In this document: positions 12,513-23,242 of the stretch, in pieces
Numbering within the stretch: the first letter of the stretch is position 1
How the letters are laid out: each line of letters begins with the position of its first letter
From: Chiloscyllium plagiosum
Taxonomy: Eukaryota
NCBI RefSeq assembly: GCF_004010195.1
Contig: NC_057751.1
Coordinates: 8,560,060-8,607,064, forward strand
Reading direction: 5' to 3'
Length of the DNA stretch: 47,005 bases
Notes under the pieces: model-generated
What the model was told of the DNA's origin: nothing
The model's input: the letters and a program-made list of their open reading frames with translations, nothing else
Databases searched by the model: none
Made by a program: the position numbers and the translations under genes

Positions 12513-13299
12513 CGTCACAAAGCTAGTCCCTTTTCTTTCTAAAAGCTGTTCCTTGGCTCAAGGAGACTCTGTCCTTGATTTTTTCAGCGGGGCAATAAAC
12601 CTGGCTGGTCTCCAATCATTCTGGTTTGGTACAGAGATTAAAAGGTATTGAGAGGCCTCACAAAGCTAGTCCCTTTTCTTTCTAAAAGCTGTTCCTTGGC
12701 TCAAGGAGACTCTGTCCTTGATTTCTTTCAGCGGGGCAATAAACCAGGCTGGTCTCCAATCATTCTGGTTTGGTACAGAGATTAAAAGGTATTGAGAGGC
12801 CTTTTGTTTATATGTAAACAAATGAGACTTCAGGCCAAATTGATCATGTTTTAGAAGAGATCTGTATAAAGAAAGGAGAGTGATCAGCTCTTGAGCTGAG
12901 CTGAGCAGTTTAATTCAGTCCAGAACTGGTTGGGGGTTCAACAGTGAGCTGTGTGGAAACTCTCTCTTCTGCCCTTCTAACTTCAACCTGTAAGCATCTG
13001 ACGCTTTTTTGTACTGTGTTTTAAGGGGGTTTGCTTATTGGGACTGTTGTGTATATTTGGAACAGCATACTTAAGTCTAGTTTGGATAGGCTGAGTTCTG
13101 TATGGGTTCTTTATACTGTTCTTTGTGTTTCATTGTGTCATTTTGTGAATAAATGTTTTGTCTGTTTTAAACCTGGTAGTCAACCTAGCTAACTTACTCC
13201 GGATAATTTTCACTGTACACTTCCCGAAATAACTTGCAAAGTTATGGTCTGGGCTACCTGCATAACAATGTTTTGAATGGTCTGGCCTAGTACATAACA
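12513..13299 (+). mobile_element. Solo LTR (family A relative) with internal tandem duplication
   Basis: (C/T)GTCAC...CATAACA termini; near-TSD gttt/cttt; TATAAA at 12865, AATAAA at 13148; 3' end aagttatggtctgggctacc... resembles 2464-3092. Confidence 0.75.
12515..12801. repeat. 143/144-bp direct tandem duplication
   Basis: Units 12515-12657 and 12658-12801; only two differences seen (1-nt indel, cctgg/ccagg). Confidence 0.95.
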
Positions 13300-13548
13300 C
13301 TTTAAAAAATTTACACATGGAGAGAAAATAAGTAACGAATCAGATACTGCCATTTAACCAAAAATAACGAAGATACTGCCTCTGCTAATGGAAATGCCAC
13401 TGAATAAAATATTGTCAACATCAAAGATAAGGTGACAGAGGGTGTAACTGCAATGAGCTCAGTGAAGAAAAGAGGGTAGATTTGACAACAAAACAAAAAC
13501 AAACACCTGGACTGAAATTTCAATTACTATTTCCTGCCTATTGTCAAG

Positions 13549-13830
13549 TGGGCGGCACGGTGGCACAGTGGTTAGCACTGCTGCCTCACAGCGCCAGAAA
13601 CCTGGGTTCAATTCCCGCCTCAGGCGACTGACTGTGTGGAGTTTGCACATTCTCCCCGTGTCTGCGTGGGTTTCCTCCAGGTGCTCCGGTTTCCTCCCAC
13701 AGTCCAAAGATGTGCAGGTCAGGTGAATTGGCCATGCTAAATTGCCCGTAGTGTTAGGTAAGGGGTAAATGTAGGAGTATGGGTGGGTTGCGCTTCGGCA
13801 GGGCGGTGTGGACTTGTTGTAATCTAATCT
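13549..13830 (+). mobile_element. HE1/V-SINE-type tRNA-derived SINE (young copy)
   Basis: Pol III box A tggcacagtgg and box B ggttcaattccc; V-domain ctgtgtggagtttgcacattctcccc...ggtttcctcccacagtccaaaga; tail aatctaatct. Confidence 0.9.
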
Positions 13831-13879
13831 AAAATGTTCTGCCTCCCAGAGATCTAAGCAAAAACTCATCAGAGAGAAT

Positions 13880-14340
13880 GGGAATGTTTACAGACTAGCA
13901 GCAGAGTGTATTCTGTGGTTTCTTACTATTGTTTGAAGCCTTTTGTCTTCTTTATCTTCCTCACCACTTTTGGTGTCCAAGGCAAGGTTATGCTGCAACT
14001 TGTCAAAGTCTTTGCTGAGAAAGAGCTGACATTGGCTGCTTCTGCTCCCCTTCAATGTTTTTCAAACCTTCACACGCAGCCTTCGTGATGCCTCTAACCT
14101 GACACAAAGTCTGACTTTTATTGTTGAAATTCAAAACCCCAAGTGCGCTGCAGGATAACTCTCGTCTCCTTAACGCAGCCAGATCATGAGTCACATAACT
14201 CAACACACCAGTAAGCTCCTCCATGAACCTATTACAGTAAATCCCCTAGACTCCTCAAAGAGCATCTACTCCCATAAGACCTGTTAACAGGTTTAATAAC
14301 AACTCCACGTAAAAACAGCACCTCTTGCACCATGTCAAAG
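13880..14340 (-). pseudogene. Very ancient CR1-group RT fossil
   Basis: Minus frame LFLSKDFDKLQH at ~13990-14025 (~LDFSKAFDKVPH), preceded by NFNNKSQTL (~LIxxSQHGF). Confidence 0.55.
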
Positions 14341-14364
14341 CATAAGTGATCTTGATGAGATCTA

Positions 14365-14520
14365 TGGAGTCTGGGAGGAAACCAGAGCACCCAGAGGAAA
14401 CCCATGCAGACACAGAGAGAATGTGCAAACAGCACACAGAGAATCACCCAAGGCTGGAATCATATTGGGATCCCTGGCGCTGTGAGGCAGCAGTACTAAC
14501 CATTAAATCACCATGCCACC
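14365..14520 (-). mobile_element. HE1/V-SINE-type SINE, 5' part
   Basis: gggaggaaaccagagcacccagaggaaaccc...ccctggcgctgtgaggcagcagt is the reverse complement of the SINE head and V-domain. Confidence 0.85.
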
Positions 14521-14749
14521 CACAAACCTTTTTCATTAGAAACTATCTGCACTCACCATCATCATATTGGCAGATGCAAGGAGTAAAATAAAATAAAGGT
14601 TATACTTAAAGTAACTTACATTTACAGTACATAACCTGCCTACATCAATGAGGTTTTGAGATGATGAATAATTAATTTTATATCTTCCTTAAATACTTCA
14701 AACAGATACTCTGTTTTGTTCATCAATGTGTCTCTCATTAATTATAGTC

Positions 14750-15190
14750 TTTTCCCAGCCAATGAATCATCTCTGGAATAACATGCACAGTCATTGTCCT
14801 CTAAGTATCCGAGAATAACTTCTGAAGAGGTATTCAAAATATGCCAAGGGCACACTTGACAAGACAAGTTTTCAGTCCTTAGCTGCCAAATGACAATATT
14901 TACATTGAAAGCCTTAGTCTCAACCTGAAGTTGGAAAAGCACTTAAGTTACAAGAAGATCTGCACGATTGAGGTATCGAGTACAGGTCCATTTACACTGT
15001 TGCATCAAAACACTCCCAGAGCAGGTATATCACACATTCCCAAAATGCAACATCTTCCTTCTATGATACAGCTGCTCATCCAGTAGACAAGGATGAATCT
15101 TGGCAAAATTGAAGGAAAGTCATTCATTTTCCTCCAGTATCTGTTGCACATGAAAAAATTACAAGAGTAACATGTCAACACTATCACCCC
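14750..15190 (-). pseudogene. Very ancient CR1-group RT fossil (core motifs)
   Basis: GDSVDMLLL (~GxxVDVIYLD), ILVYWMSSCIIEGR (~LLxWIxSxLxxR), NSVNGPVLD (~GVPQGSVLG), CHLAAKD*KL (~LFADDxKL). Confidence 0.5.
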
Positions 15191-15864
15191 AGGAAGTGGC
15201 TCATCAGCGAATTGGTTACATTCTGTGCAGGAGAATCAAGAGTGAGGGGTCACTTGTTAAAAATCTGACATCTCCAATTTAAAACAGAAATAAGATTAAA
15301 TGCTTTTCTCACAGAGTGTCACAAGTCTTTGGAAATGGCGGTGGAAGCGAAGTCTTCGAGGCAGAGGTGGCAAGATTCTTAATAAGCAAGGTGGAAGGTT
15401 ATCAGGTGCAGCCTGTAAGGAGGATTTGAAGAGGTCACCAGATCAGTTGTAATTTTATTGAAGACGCAGCAGGTTTGAGGAGCTGAACCGTACGCTCCCA
15501 GACTGTTTGAATGTTAAAGGAATAAACTGAATTCTGATCCTTTAGGTTGTTCGCATTGGTCACAGGACAGTGCCATCACATGACAGGAGAAAATCCCAAG
15601 GAAAATTATATAAATAGTCCTCAGGTGGACAGACAGAGCAATTCCTCTTTTTAAACCCCCATGTCTCGCTATCCATGTCTTTTGATGCCAAGTAAAATCA
15701 GCTCACATCAAGTTCTGCTCCACTCACCAGCCCTTTCAGTCTAATGGCCTGATTGCCACTGTTTCCAAACTACACTGTCTTTTCACCATTTGGTTAAATT
15801 TCTGTTGTATTGAGCAACCCCCGCTCAATCGCTGGAAACTCACCCACATCACTGGCAATGTCAA

Positions 15865-15987
15865 GACCTGATGAAGGAGCAGTGCTCCAAAAAATAGTAC
15901 TTCCAATTAAACCTGTTTGACTATAGCCTGGCATTGTGTGATTTTTATGTTTGTCCACCCTAGTCCAACACCGGTACCTCCACATCA
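15865..15987 (+). mobile_element. Penelope-like pLTR (family 2) with degenerate hammerhead
   Basis: cctgatgaaggagcagtgctcc...aaacctgtttgactatagcctgg...gtccaacaccggtacctccacatca; homologous to 24560-24685 and 27351-27436. Confidence 0.7.
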
Positions 15988-16433
15988 AGACAGAGACAGC
16001 AAGTTTTGGTGCTGTTGACCATTGACATCTTCGTAACCTTGAATTTAATTAATTTTCCCCAACAAAATCCTAAGCTATAATTCATTAATTTTACCACTTG
16101 AAGCCCCAATCTTTAATTAATTTACTTGGCTGAAATTCCATGGTCTTTATTTAACTGATCAATCTGATGCCTTTTAACATATTTCATCCAACATTTTTAT
16201 TTCATTAGTTCAATCAGCTTTCTTTCCAAATTTTTCAACGCATTTAAAACCACAATTGACAAACTATTTCATACTGCATTTTCAAGTGTTTGCCAAAATT
16301 TCACTGAACACCCATTTTCATTGGCTTCCTCAGTTCCACCAACACAGGACAACAAAGAAAGAAAAAAGCAGGGAGAAAATTAAATATGATTTTGTGGTCT
16401 TGTTAACTTTCACCCACCACACACTGATAATGT

Positions 16434-16665
16434 GCGGCACAATAGTTCAGTAGTTAGCTCTTCTCCGTCACATCGCTGGGGAGCTGGGTTTGATTCCGAC
16501 CTCAAGCTGTATGGAGTTTGCATGTTCTGCTTGTATTTACCTCTGGGTGCTCCAGTTTCCTCCCAAAGATATGCAGGTTAGGCGGATTGGCTGTGTAAAA
16601 TTTCTCATAGTGTCCAGGGAAATGTAGACGAGGTGGATTAGCCTGATTCCATACAGTAGGAATTC
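16434..16665 (+). mobile_element. Degenerate HE1/V-SINE-type SINE
   Basis: ggcacaatagttcagtagttagc...tggagtttgcatgttct...gtttcctcccaaagatatgcaggttagg. Confidence 0.75.
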
Positions 16666-17369
16666 TTTGATTATCTCATACGCACACCTTGCTCACCATC
16701 ACTAGACCCCTCCAACCACCCCACCTCTCAATCTCTAATCCTGAAATTATGGTTTGAAAGAACTTGCAAGGCCATTTCAGAGGGCACTTAAGAGTCAACC
16801 ACATTGCTGTCAGTCCCATAATCCCCCTTCCCCATCCCACTCATTTCCAAAGTTACAAGGTCCAAAAGAGTAAAGAGAGGCAGATGCAAATGCACAAATA
16901 AATATAGAGACAGAGACTGAGACATACAGGATCATGGAGACTCCGAGTAATAAAGAGAAATGGTACAAAATAGAGAAATAGAAGGTAAGGCAGAGGCAGA
17001 AAAGACGTTATGTTATGGGGGGGCAGTGACTTAGAGATAGACACACAAAAAGGTGGAAAATGAGGGTGCATAGTTGGATGACAATGGGTCTCTCCCCACT
17101 CAATACACATCTCTAAACTGTTTTCCAGTAACTGCAACCCATTGTCTTCTGGGAGAGCTACACTTTCAGGTATTGAGTTCCTTTTATTTCCAGTGAGAAG
17201 CCGCAGACCCTGAGAGTTTTATTTTCAAGAGAGAAAAGGGTAAAGTGTTCATGTTTTGCCTTTAATTTTGCTTGTATTTGTAATTTCAGCCCTTGTATCT
17301 TTAAATAATGGCAATGTTAAAAGTCCCTGGTATTTTGCAGGAAGTGTGATTTCATTAAAATATGAATTG

Positions 17370-17850
17370 TTCTGCCTCCTGGCCGGTGAAAGCTTTCGCT
17401 CTTGAGCTCTCAACTATTTGTACTCTCAGAAAGCAATGCTGCTCTATGTCCAAATTCTCTGATGTGTTGTCCCACTGGTCTGCAATTAGTTTTCTAAATT
17501 ATCCCACCAACATCATCATCTTCTCATTACCAATGGCCAACAAAGCAAAGCATGATGTCTGTTCTACCTGCAGAGGGATATTTTTACTTATTGAGGCAAT
17601 ACTTATGTTAGCCCCCCAATGTAATAAACCAGGTGTGGCTAAAGTGGTGTCGGAGAATTCAACAACCCTTTACACAGCTCACGAATTCCTAAAAATATTC
17701 AATTCACAGGTGCATCAGCGTCTGGGCTCATATTCAGCTTTCGGTTTCAAACAGCAACACACATGTCAGTGTTTCACACTTCAAGTGATTGGTGGTAAGT
17801 TGGAGGCTGAGATCTTTATTCCCTCAGGTGACATTATGATGCAGTTATGA
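17370..17850 (-). pseudogene. Very ancient CR1-group RT fossil (N-terminal RT part)
   Basis: Minus strand WGANIS (~WxxANVxP), KMMML (~KxME) and DIEQHCFL (~SQHGF). May be the upstream part of the 14750-15190 fossil. Confidence 0.45.
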
Positions 17851-19858
17851 TTTGACAAGACAATAAGTATGTGTCTTAAAGGCATACTATACCAGTTGAA
17901 ACAATACACACAGAAAGACAGCTTGATTGACATGGACAGAAGTGTGCGTTGCTGTGGGAGTCAAAATAAAGATGAGGGTGTATACATTCATTTCCATGCT
18001 CTTGCAATACATGTTAAAATCTTCTCAGAACTGTGACACTTCAAAAATGTTTTTTTGTCTTTTGTGTCATCCAGTCCTTTATGGCAACACACAAGAAAAT
18101 CAGATGTTCCCAGTTAAAAGTGCTGTTTCCTCAACGCAGAGGGATCCCAGACAATTACAGTGGCTTAGAAAACACACAGAGGCAAGGAAGGGAGGAGTGT
18201 GAAAGAAGGATTCATCATCTCAACAAAAAAGTGACAAGACAGTTGCATATCAATTCCATGATGTTCTCATATTTGTTCCAAACCGTCAGATCTCTCAGAA
18301 AAGTCTCTTGGTGTTTTGTGCAAAATAAATAACACTTTAAGTGCAGCAATCTGTACTGTAAGACTGAGAACGAGGATCCACTTGTCAAAAAAGATCTCTC
18401 AAACGGGACCTGGAACAGTGGACCCCTGATGGCACTGTAGGAGTACATTCACCATGTTCTTCCAGGTTTGATGAGTGACTCTGTTTACTCTTGATGCCCA
18501 CTGTGCTTGCCTGAGTTCACACTCAGTCTGAAGCAGAGTTAAAAGTAAAAAAAAGGGGTGGACAGAGATAGAGGTGCAAGCGATAAGATGGAATCGACAT
18601 TTGAAGAACAGCACGCACACTTGGAATCTCATGTCATCTCTCCGTCGATCGGAGATACAAATCATACAACACCACACACCGTGAATTATTCTCAAGGGCA
18701 AACACAGATGGGCAATAAATGCTGAACTTGCCAGCTCTGCCCACATCTCGCTCCTTTCTAAATGAAGCAGATGGTGCGGTTTCCCAAGGGAGGAATATTG
18801 GCCAGTCCCTTATCCAAACTGCATCACGATATAGTTTGAAAAGTAAAGAAGCAGCTCAAAGTTAAATAGGAGATGAATCAATACTGAAGCCAGGTCCTGC
18901 TGTTTCACACCCAAGTATTTGGGTTTTAGCTTGTGTGCAACTTTGTCCCAAAATAAGTGGTAGATTTTCCTGCATGCCCTTTTCTCATCCATAATGTACT
19001 GAGTACATGTCTCCACTGTTGAAGTATGAGACTTTGCAAACCATCCCAAAGGGCATTGGGTTCATGTTTCAGGACGGAAAGATGCATTGTTTAAATGTAA
19101 AGAGATTAGTTTCACAGGAAAGTACATATTCACGTGCCAGTGGAACAGGCAGAAACCGCTGCCCCACTGGGAGTAAATTGAAAATGAACTGCACGTTCTA
19201 AGTAAGATGCAGCATAAAAACAGACAGTAAAGCTAAATAAAATCTAATTAAGTTTCAATCTGTGTCCAATTCAGCTTAAATTGAAAATCCATAGAGTGCA
19301 TTTAGGCTAACACTTACAAGTAAGTAATGGTATCAATGTACAGTAATGGTTCAGTTTAAATAAGCAGAATATCTGTACTAAATACAGGCAAAAGATCAGC
19401 AATGGTTGAAGTTTCAATGACTTGATTATATCCACTGAGAATGGTAACACGAAGCAACATATATCAATACAAATCCTATATCTGTCTCTTCATTTACATT
19501 TATGGCATGGGTTATATTAGACAAATTTGAAATCATGACAAAGTGAATAACAAGGAGTTTTTTTTAACATACTACAGAAAGAATTAAATTTGGCTTTGTG
19601 ACAGCATTACCTCAGGAAGCTTGCATTATTGAGTTCACCTATGTTACAACAGGCAGTCTCCCTGAATAAAGTCCGTCCAGCCAGCTGTCAGTTGTATAAA
19701 TGTTCTTTCTTCTCCTTCTGTCACTGAAATAACTACACGGAGGCCGGTATCCCATCACCAAGTCACCTTTCATTTACACATGGACAGTACATGGACTCTG
19801 ACCAGCCAAATCAGAGCCAGCTCTCACAGCAAACAGAAACCCTGACATTCCTGGTTCT

Positions 19859-20319
19859 GTTTTTTTTTTATTTTATGAAACAGTACAGTTTACAAATAAA
19901 CAATTAACATTAACAGCCATAAACAGAGAAACAGCAAATTTACAAGGGAAAGGAATGGCAAAGCCAGACCCCAAACCCCACTGTTCAACCAGTTTTCAGG
20001 GAAATGAGGACAGACATTCCCATTTCTTTTTTTCCTATTATTTTCCTTTTCTCCCACACTACACCTAGCAGCAATAGTCCTTATTTTTCTCCAGCACCCA
20101 TGTCGAGTGTGTGCAGATGTTGGAAACAGTGAAGAACAACAAGTGCACAAATCTTTATTTATATTCCACCACCAGGAAGATAGGAAAACACACGAGTGGC
20201 CAGTGACAAACACTGCCCTTCACAAAAGGCAATGCTGTGTGATCAAACAGTGATGGGGAGGGCAGGGACTAAATCAAAATAGAGTTGGAGGGGGAAATAA
20301 TGCACTCCACTCCCTGCGG
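19859..20319 (-). mobile_element. Tx1-clade (L1 group) non-LTR retrotransposon 3' end, copy 1
   Basis: Minus strand begins PQGVECIISPSNSILI* (20319-20269), which I recognise as a Tx1-type ORF2 C-terminus; then 3' UTR and polyA. Flanked by tgacattcctg(g/t)ttct at 19843-19858 and 20320-20335. Confidence 0.75.
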
Positions 20320-20335
20320 TGACATTCCTGTTTCT

Positions 20336-20622
20336 TTTTTTTTATTTTATTAAACAAGTTACAAAACAATTTACAAAAAACGTTGACAGCTGTACACGAA
20401 AGACAGCAGTTTTACAAGGGAGGGGAGCAGCAAAGCTAGGCCCCGAACCCTACCGTTCAACCATTTTAAAGGGAGGAGGACAAACCTCAAATCCCAGTTC
20501 CACGTGTGACAAGACAATGACAATGACATTTATACATTAGACAATACCGTTACATACAAAAGTGCAGACAATACAGACCCAGCAAGCCCCCGCCCCTCCC
20601 ACCTTCCGACCGCTCTAAGGCA
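20336..20622 (-). mobile_element. Tx1-like 3' UTR, copy 2 (different subfamily)
   Basis: PolyA tail; last ~150 nt align by eye with copy 1 (tgtcctc...ggttgaac...gctttgc...tcccttgtaaa...gctgt...aaaataaaaaa), upstream part dissimilar. Flanked by acattcctgtttct at 20322-20335 and 20623-20636. Confidence 0.7.
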
Positions 20623-21019
20623 ACATTCCTGTTTCTATCTGTCAGCCAGGGCTTCCTGATTGGATCAGGTTAATAGTCCCAATCAAGGATTTCCTTGTCC
20701 ATGAGATCCACCTGGTTCCAATCACTACTGTCAACCTTCTCCAATTTCTCAGTGCTATTCTCAGCCTGAAACCCACTTCACCAGCCTCAGACATTCCCTA
20801 AAGCAGACCAATGACCACAATTCAAATGCTCCCCACCACAGCTCAACTGTCTACCCTTCATGCTGGCAATTTACTACAGTGCTGGGTGAGTGCAGCATTG
20901 TCGGTGATACTACTCATTCAGCCGAGGACCCACCAGCCCACGACACAGCATTTAGTCCACATGGAAGTTCCCAGGGGAAGGCCAAAAAAAAAAGCCATGG
21001 TGCCTCTGTAACCTCAGGA

Positions 21020-21700
21020 TAATCCAAAACACTTAGCAGTCAGTGGAGTACTTTTGAAGAGAAGCCACTGTTACAATGAGGCAACTTACGCAACACTAAC
21101 TCACAAAAAACAGCCATGTACCCATGGCAGAATCATGTTTCGCGTTAAAATTAATGTTCCCAGGTTCCAGGACTATGTGCTGAAGGACGTACTAAAGCTT
21201 GGGGCACCTGCCACCAAAGCATGTGGGGAAAGACCACCAGCTAATGTCTTTGTACCGAAGTTAAAAGGGGTCCGTTCGGATATCGGACCTTTCGGATGCC
21301 TCAAATATTCTTCATATATAGTCTTGTACAAGTAAGAAATGTTTTTGGTTTGTTTGCTGCTAAGAGTCAAGCTCCAATGTTTGTTTGTTTCTTCACATGG
21401 TACTGTACAGAACCAAACTGCTTCAGTGACTATGTCGATAAAGATATGTTTATAAGTGGAGTATATTCTTGAAATTAGAAAAAAAAAGATAGATACTGTT
21501 AATAACATGAAGAAGCATTCCCCCTGCTCTTCAAGTTCACATCTTAGAATTTTGTACATGTATCTGGGAGAACAGACATTGCCTCAGTTTAACTCCTTAT
21601 CGGAGAGATGGCACCTCTGACAGTGCAGCACTCTGTTGTGTCAGCGGAGGTTTTTAGGCCAAGGTCTCTGAACAAAGTGTTGAACCCCACCACCCTTGGA
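21020..21700 (-). mobile_element. Deu-domain SINE (SacSINE1/AmnSINE1-like), interrupted
   Basis: gtacttttgaag...cccctgctcttc...gcctcagtttaac...ggcacctctgacagtgcagcactc...ttgaaccc matches the antisense Deu domain and tRNA-type head as I recall them. Confidence 0.65.
21165..21487 (+). mobile_element. Tx1-clade 3' end (third, unrelated family) nested in the DeuSINE
   Basis: QDYVLKDVLKLGAPATKA then (frameshift) WGKTT, resembling a Tx1-type ORF2 C-terminus; ends in an A-tract at ~21479-21487. Confidence 0.65.
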
Positions 21701-22049
21701 TTCACACAAGGCATGATTGCTTCACAATTAACCAATGGAACATCAGTTGAAGCTGCTGCTCGTACCATTGTGAGTGGCGATTTACAGAAATAAAGCTGTT
21801 AAAAAAAAATCTGCAGTGAGTAAGTGACAGAAACAGGCAATAAAGCAAACATACAAACACAGGAATGAAAGTAGGCCAGGTGACCCTTCCAAACTACTGT
21901 GTCATTTAATAAGATGATGGCTGATCTTACTTCAATATCAACTCAACATTCTTTCATATTCTCAACAATCATTCATCCCCTTTGGTCATCAAGAATCTAT
22001 CTACCTCTGCCTTAAATGAAAATTAAATATTCTGTGTCCATTGTCATAA

Positions 22050-22548
22050 AGTCATAGAGATGTACAGCAGGGAAACAGACCCTTCGGTCCAACTCGTCCA
22101 TGCCGACCAGATATCCCAACCCAATCTAGTCACATCTGCCAGCAACCGGCCCATATCCCTCCAAACCCTTCCTATTCATATACCCATCCAAATGCCTCTT
22201 AAATGTTGCAATCGTACCAGCCTCCATCACATCCTCTGGCAGCTCATTCCATACACATACCACCCTCTGTGTGAAAAACCTGCCCCCGAGGTCTCTTTTA
22301 TATCTCTCCCGTCTCACTCTAAACCTGTGCCCTCTAGTTCTGGACTCCCAACTCCAGGGAAAAGACTTTGTCTATTTATCCTATCCATGCCCCTCATGAT
22401 TTTATTAACCTCTATAAGGTCACCTCTCAACCTCCAACACTCCAGGGAAAACAGCCTCAGTCTGTTTAGCCTCTCCCTATAGCTCAAATCCTCCAACCCT
22501 GGCAACCTCCTTGTAAATCTTTTCTGAACCCTTTCAAGTTTCACAACA
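22050..22548 (-). mobile_element. CR1 LINE 3' end nested in an older antisense CR1 fragment
   Basis: ORFs KLERVQKRFTRRLPGLEDLSYRERL and FFTQRVVCVWNELPEDV; tail ctctatgact. Older CR1 flanks at ~21860-22040 and ~22550-22760. Confidence 0.92.
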
Positions 22549-22996
22549 TCTTTGACAGGAAAATAAATGTTTCCTCATCTCTGTATTAATTGGGTGCCTC
22601 CTTATCTTCAAGCCTATGAAAGGAAATATACTTTCATGGTCATGTTCCCTCAGCATCTTACATGTTTCAAAGAAATCACTTCTGTCTCTTCTGACCTCTA
22701 GAGGATACAGGCATAACTGTCTCGCAATTCCTTGTAAGGCAATCTGCCTATTCCATGTGTTAGTCAAGGAAACCTTATCTGAATGGCTTCCAGCACACTC
22801 ACATATATTTTCTGTTTTTACAAAGTAACTGAAGCTGCACCTTAATAGCTGTAAGCTGCAAGGCTTGAGCCATGTGCAAGAGATGGGACTGCAAAGAACT
22901 TCTGGGTCAGCACAGACAGAATGGGCCAAATGACACCTTCCGTATTGTATAATTTATATGGTTCAATCTTTCTCTAAGGACAAGAACCAATCAACT

Positions 22997-23101
22997 CGAA
23001 GCGTCGATTCTCCTGCTCTTCGGATGCTGCCTGACCGGCTGTGCTTTTCCAGCACCACCCTCTCAACTCTGATCTCCAGCATCTGTCGTCCTCACTTTCT
23101 T
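22997..23101 (+). mobile_element. Penelope pLTR fragment
   Basis: cgaagcgtcgattctcctgctcttcggatgctgcctgacc...ctccagcatctg. Confidence 0.75.
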
Positions 23102-23242
23102 CCAGTAACCAATTCTGTACACAGATGCCACAAGAGGTCCCAACAATGCCATAGCTAAATGAAGAGTAACTCTTGCACTCAATTCCTCTCACAATAAACC
23201 AGCATATTCGATCATCCTGCCTGAGGAGGAAGCTGCTTAACC

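Larger units (their letters stand above)
19725..20729 (-). mobile_element. Short solo LTR (~227 bp net) interrupted by two Tx1-like insertions
   Basis: TGAAATA...CACTAC(T) termini with near-perfect 5-bp TSD gtcac/gtcaa. On the minus strand: CCAAT (20659-20663), TATA-like GATAGAAA (20632-20639), then a polyA-signal-like aaatgaaa near 19770. Confidence 0.65.

Noticed and set aside
13549..13625. tRNA-like sequence with box A and box B
   Set aside because: It is a SINE head continuing into the V-domain, with several dispersed copies; not a tRNA gene.
17362..17850. 162-aa plus-strand ORF
   Set aside because: No recognisable domain; it lies antisense to a decayed RT fossil and is probably a shadow ORF.
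19843..20636. Three short direct repeats with unique spacers (CRISPR-like)
   Set aside because: Eukaryotic context; the spacers are 290-460-bp polyA-tailed retroelements and the repeats are TSDs.
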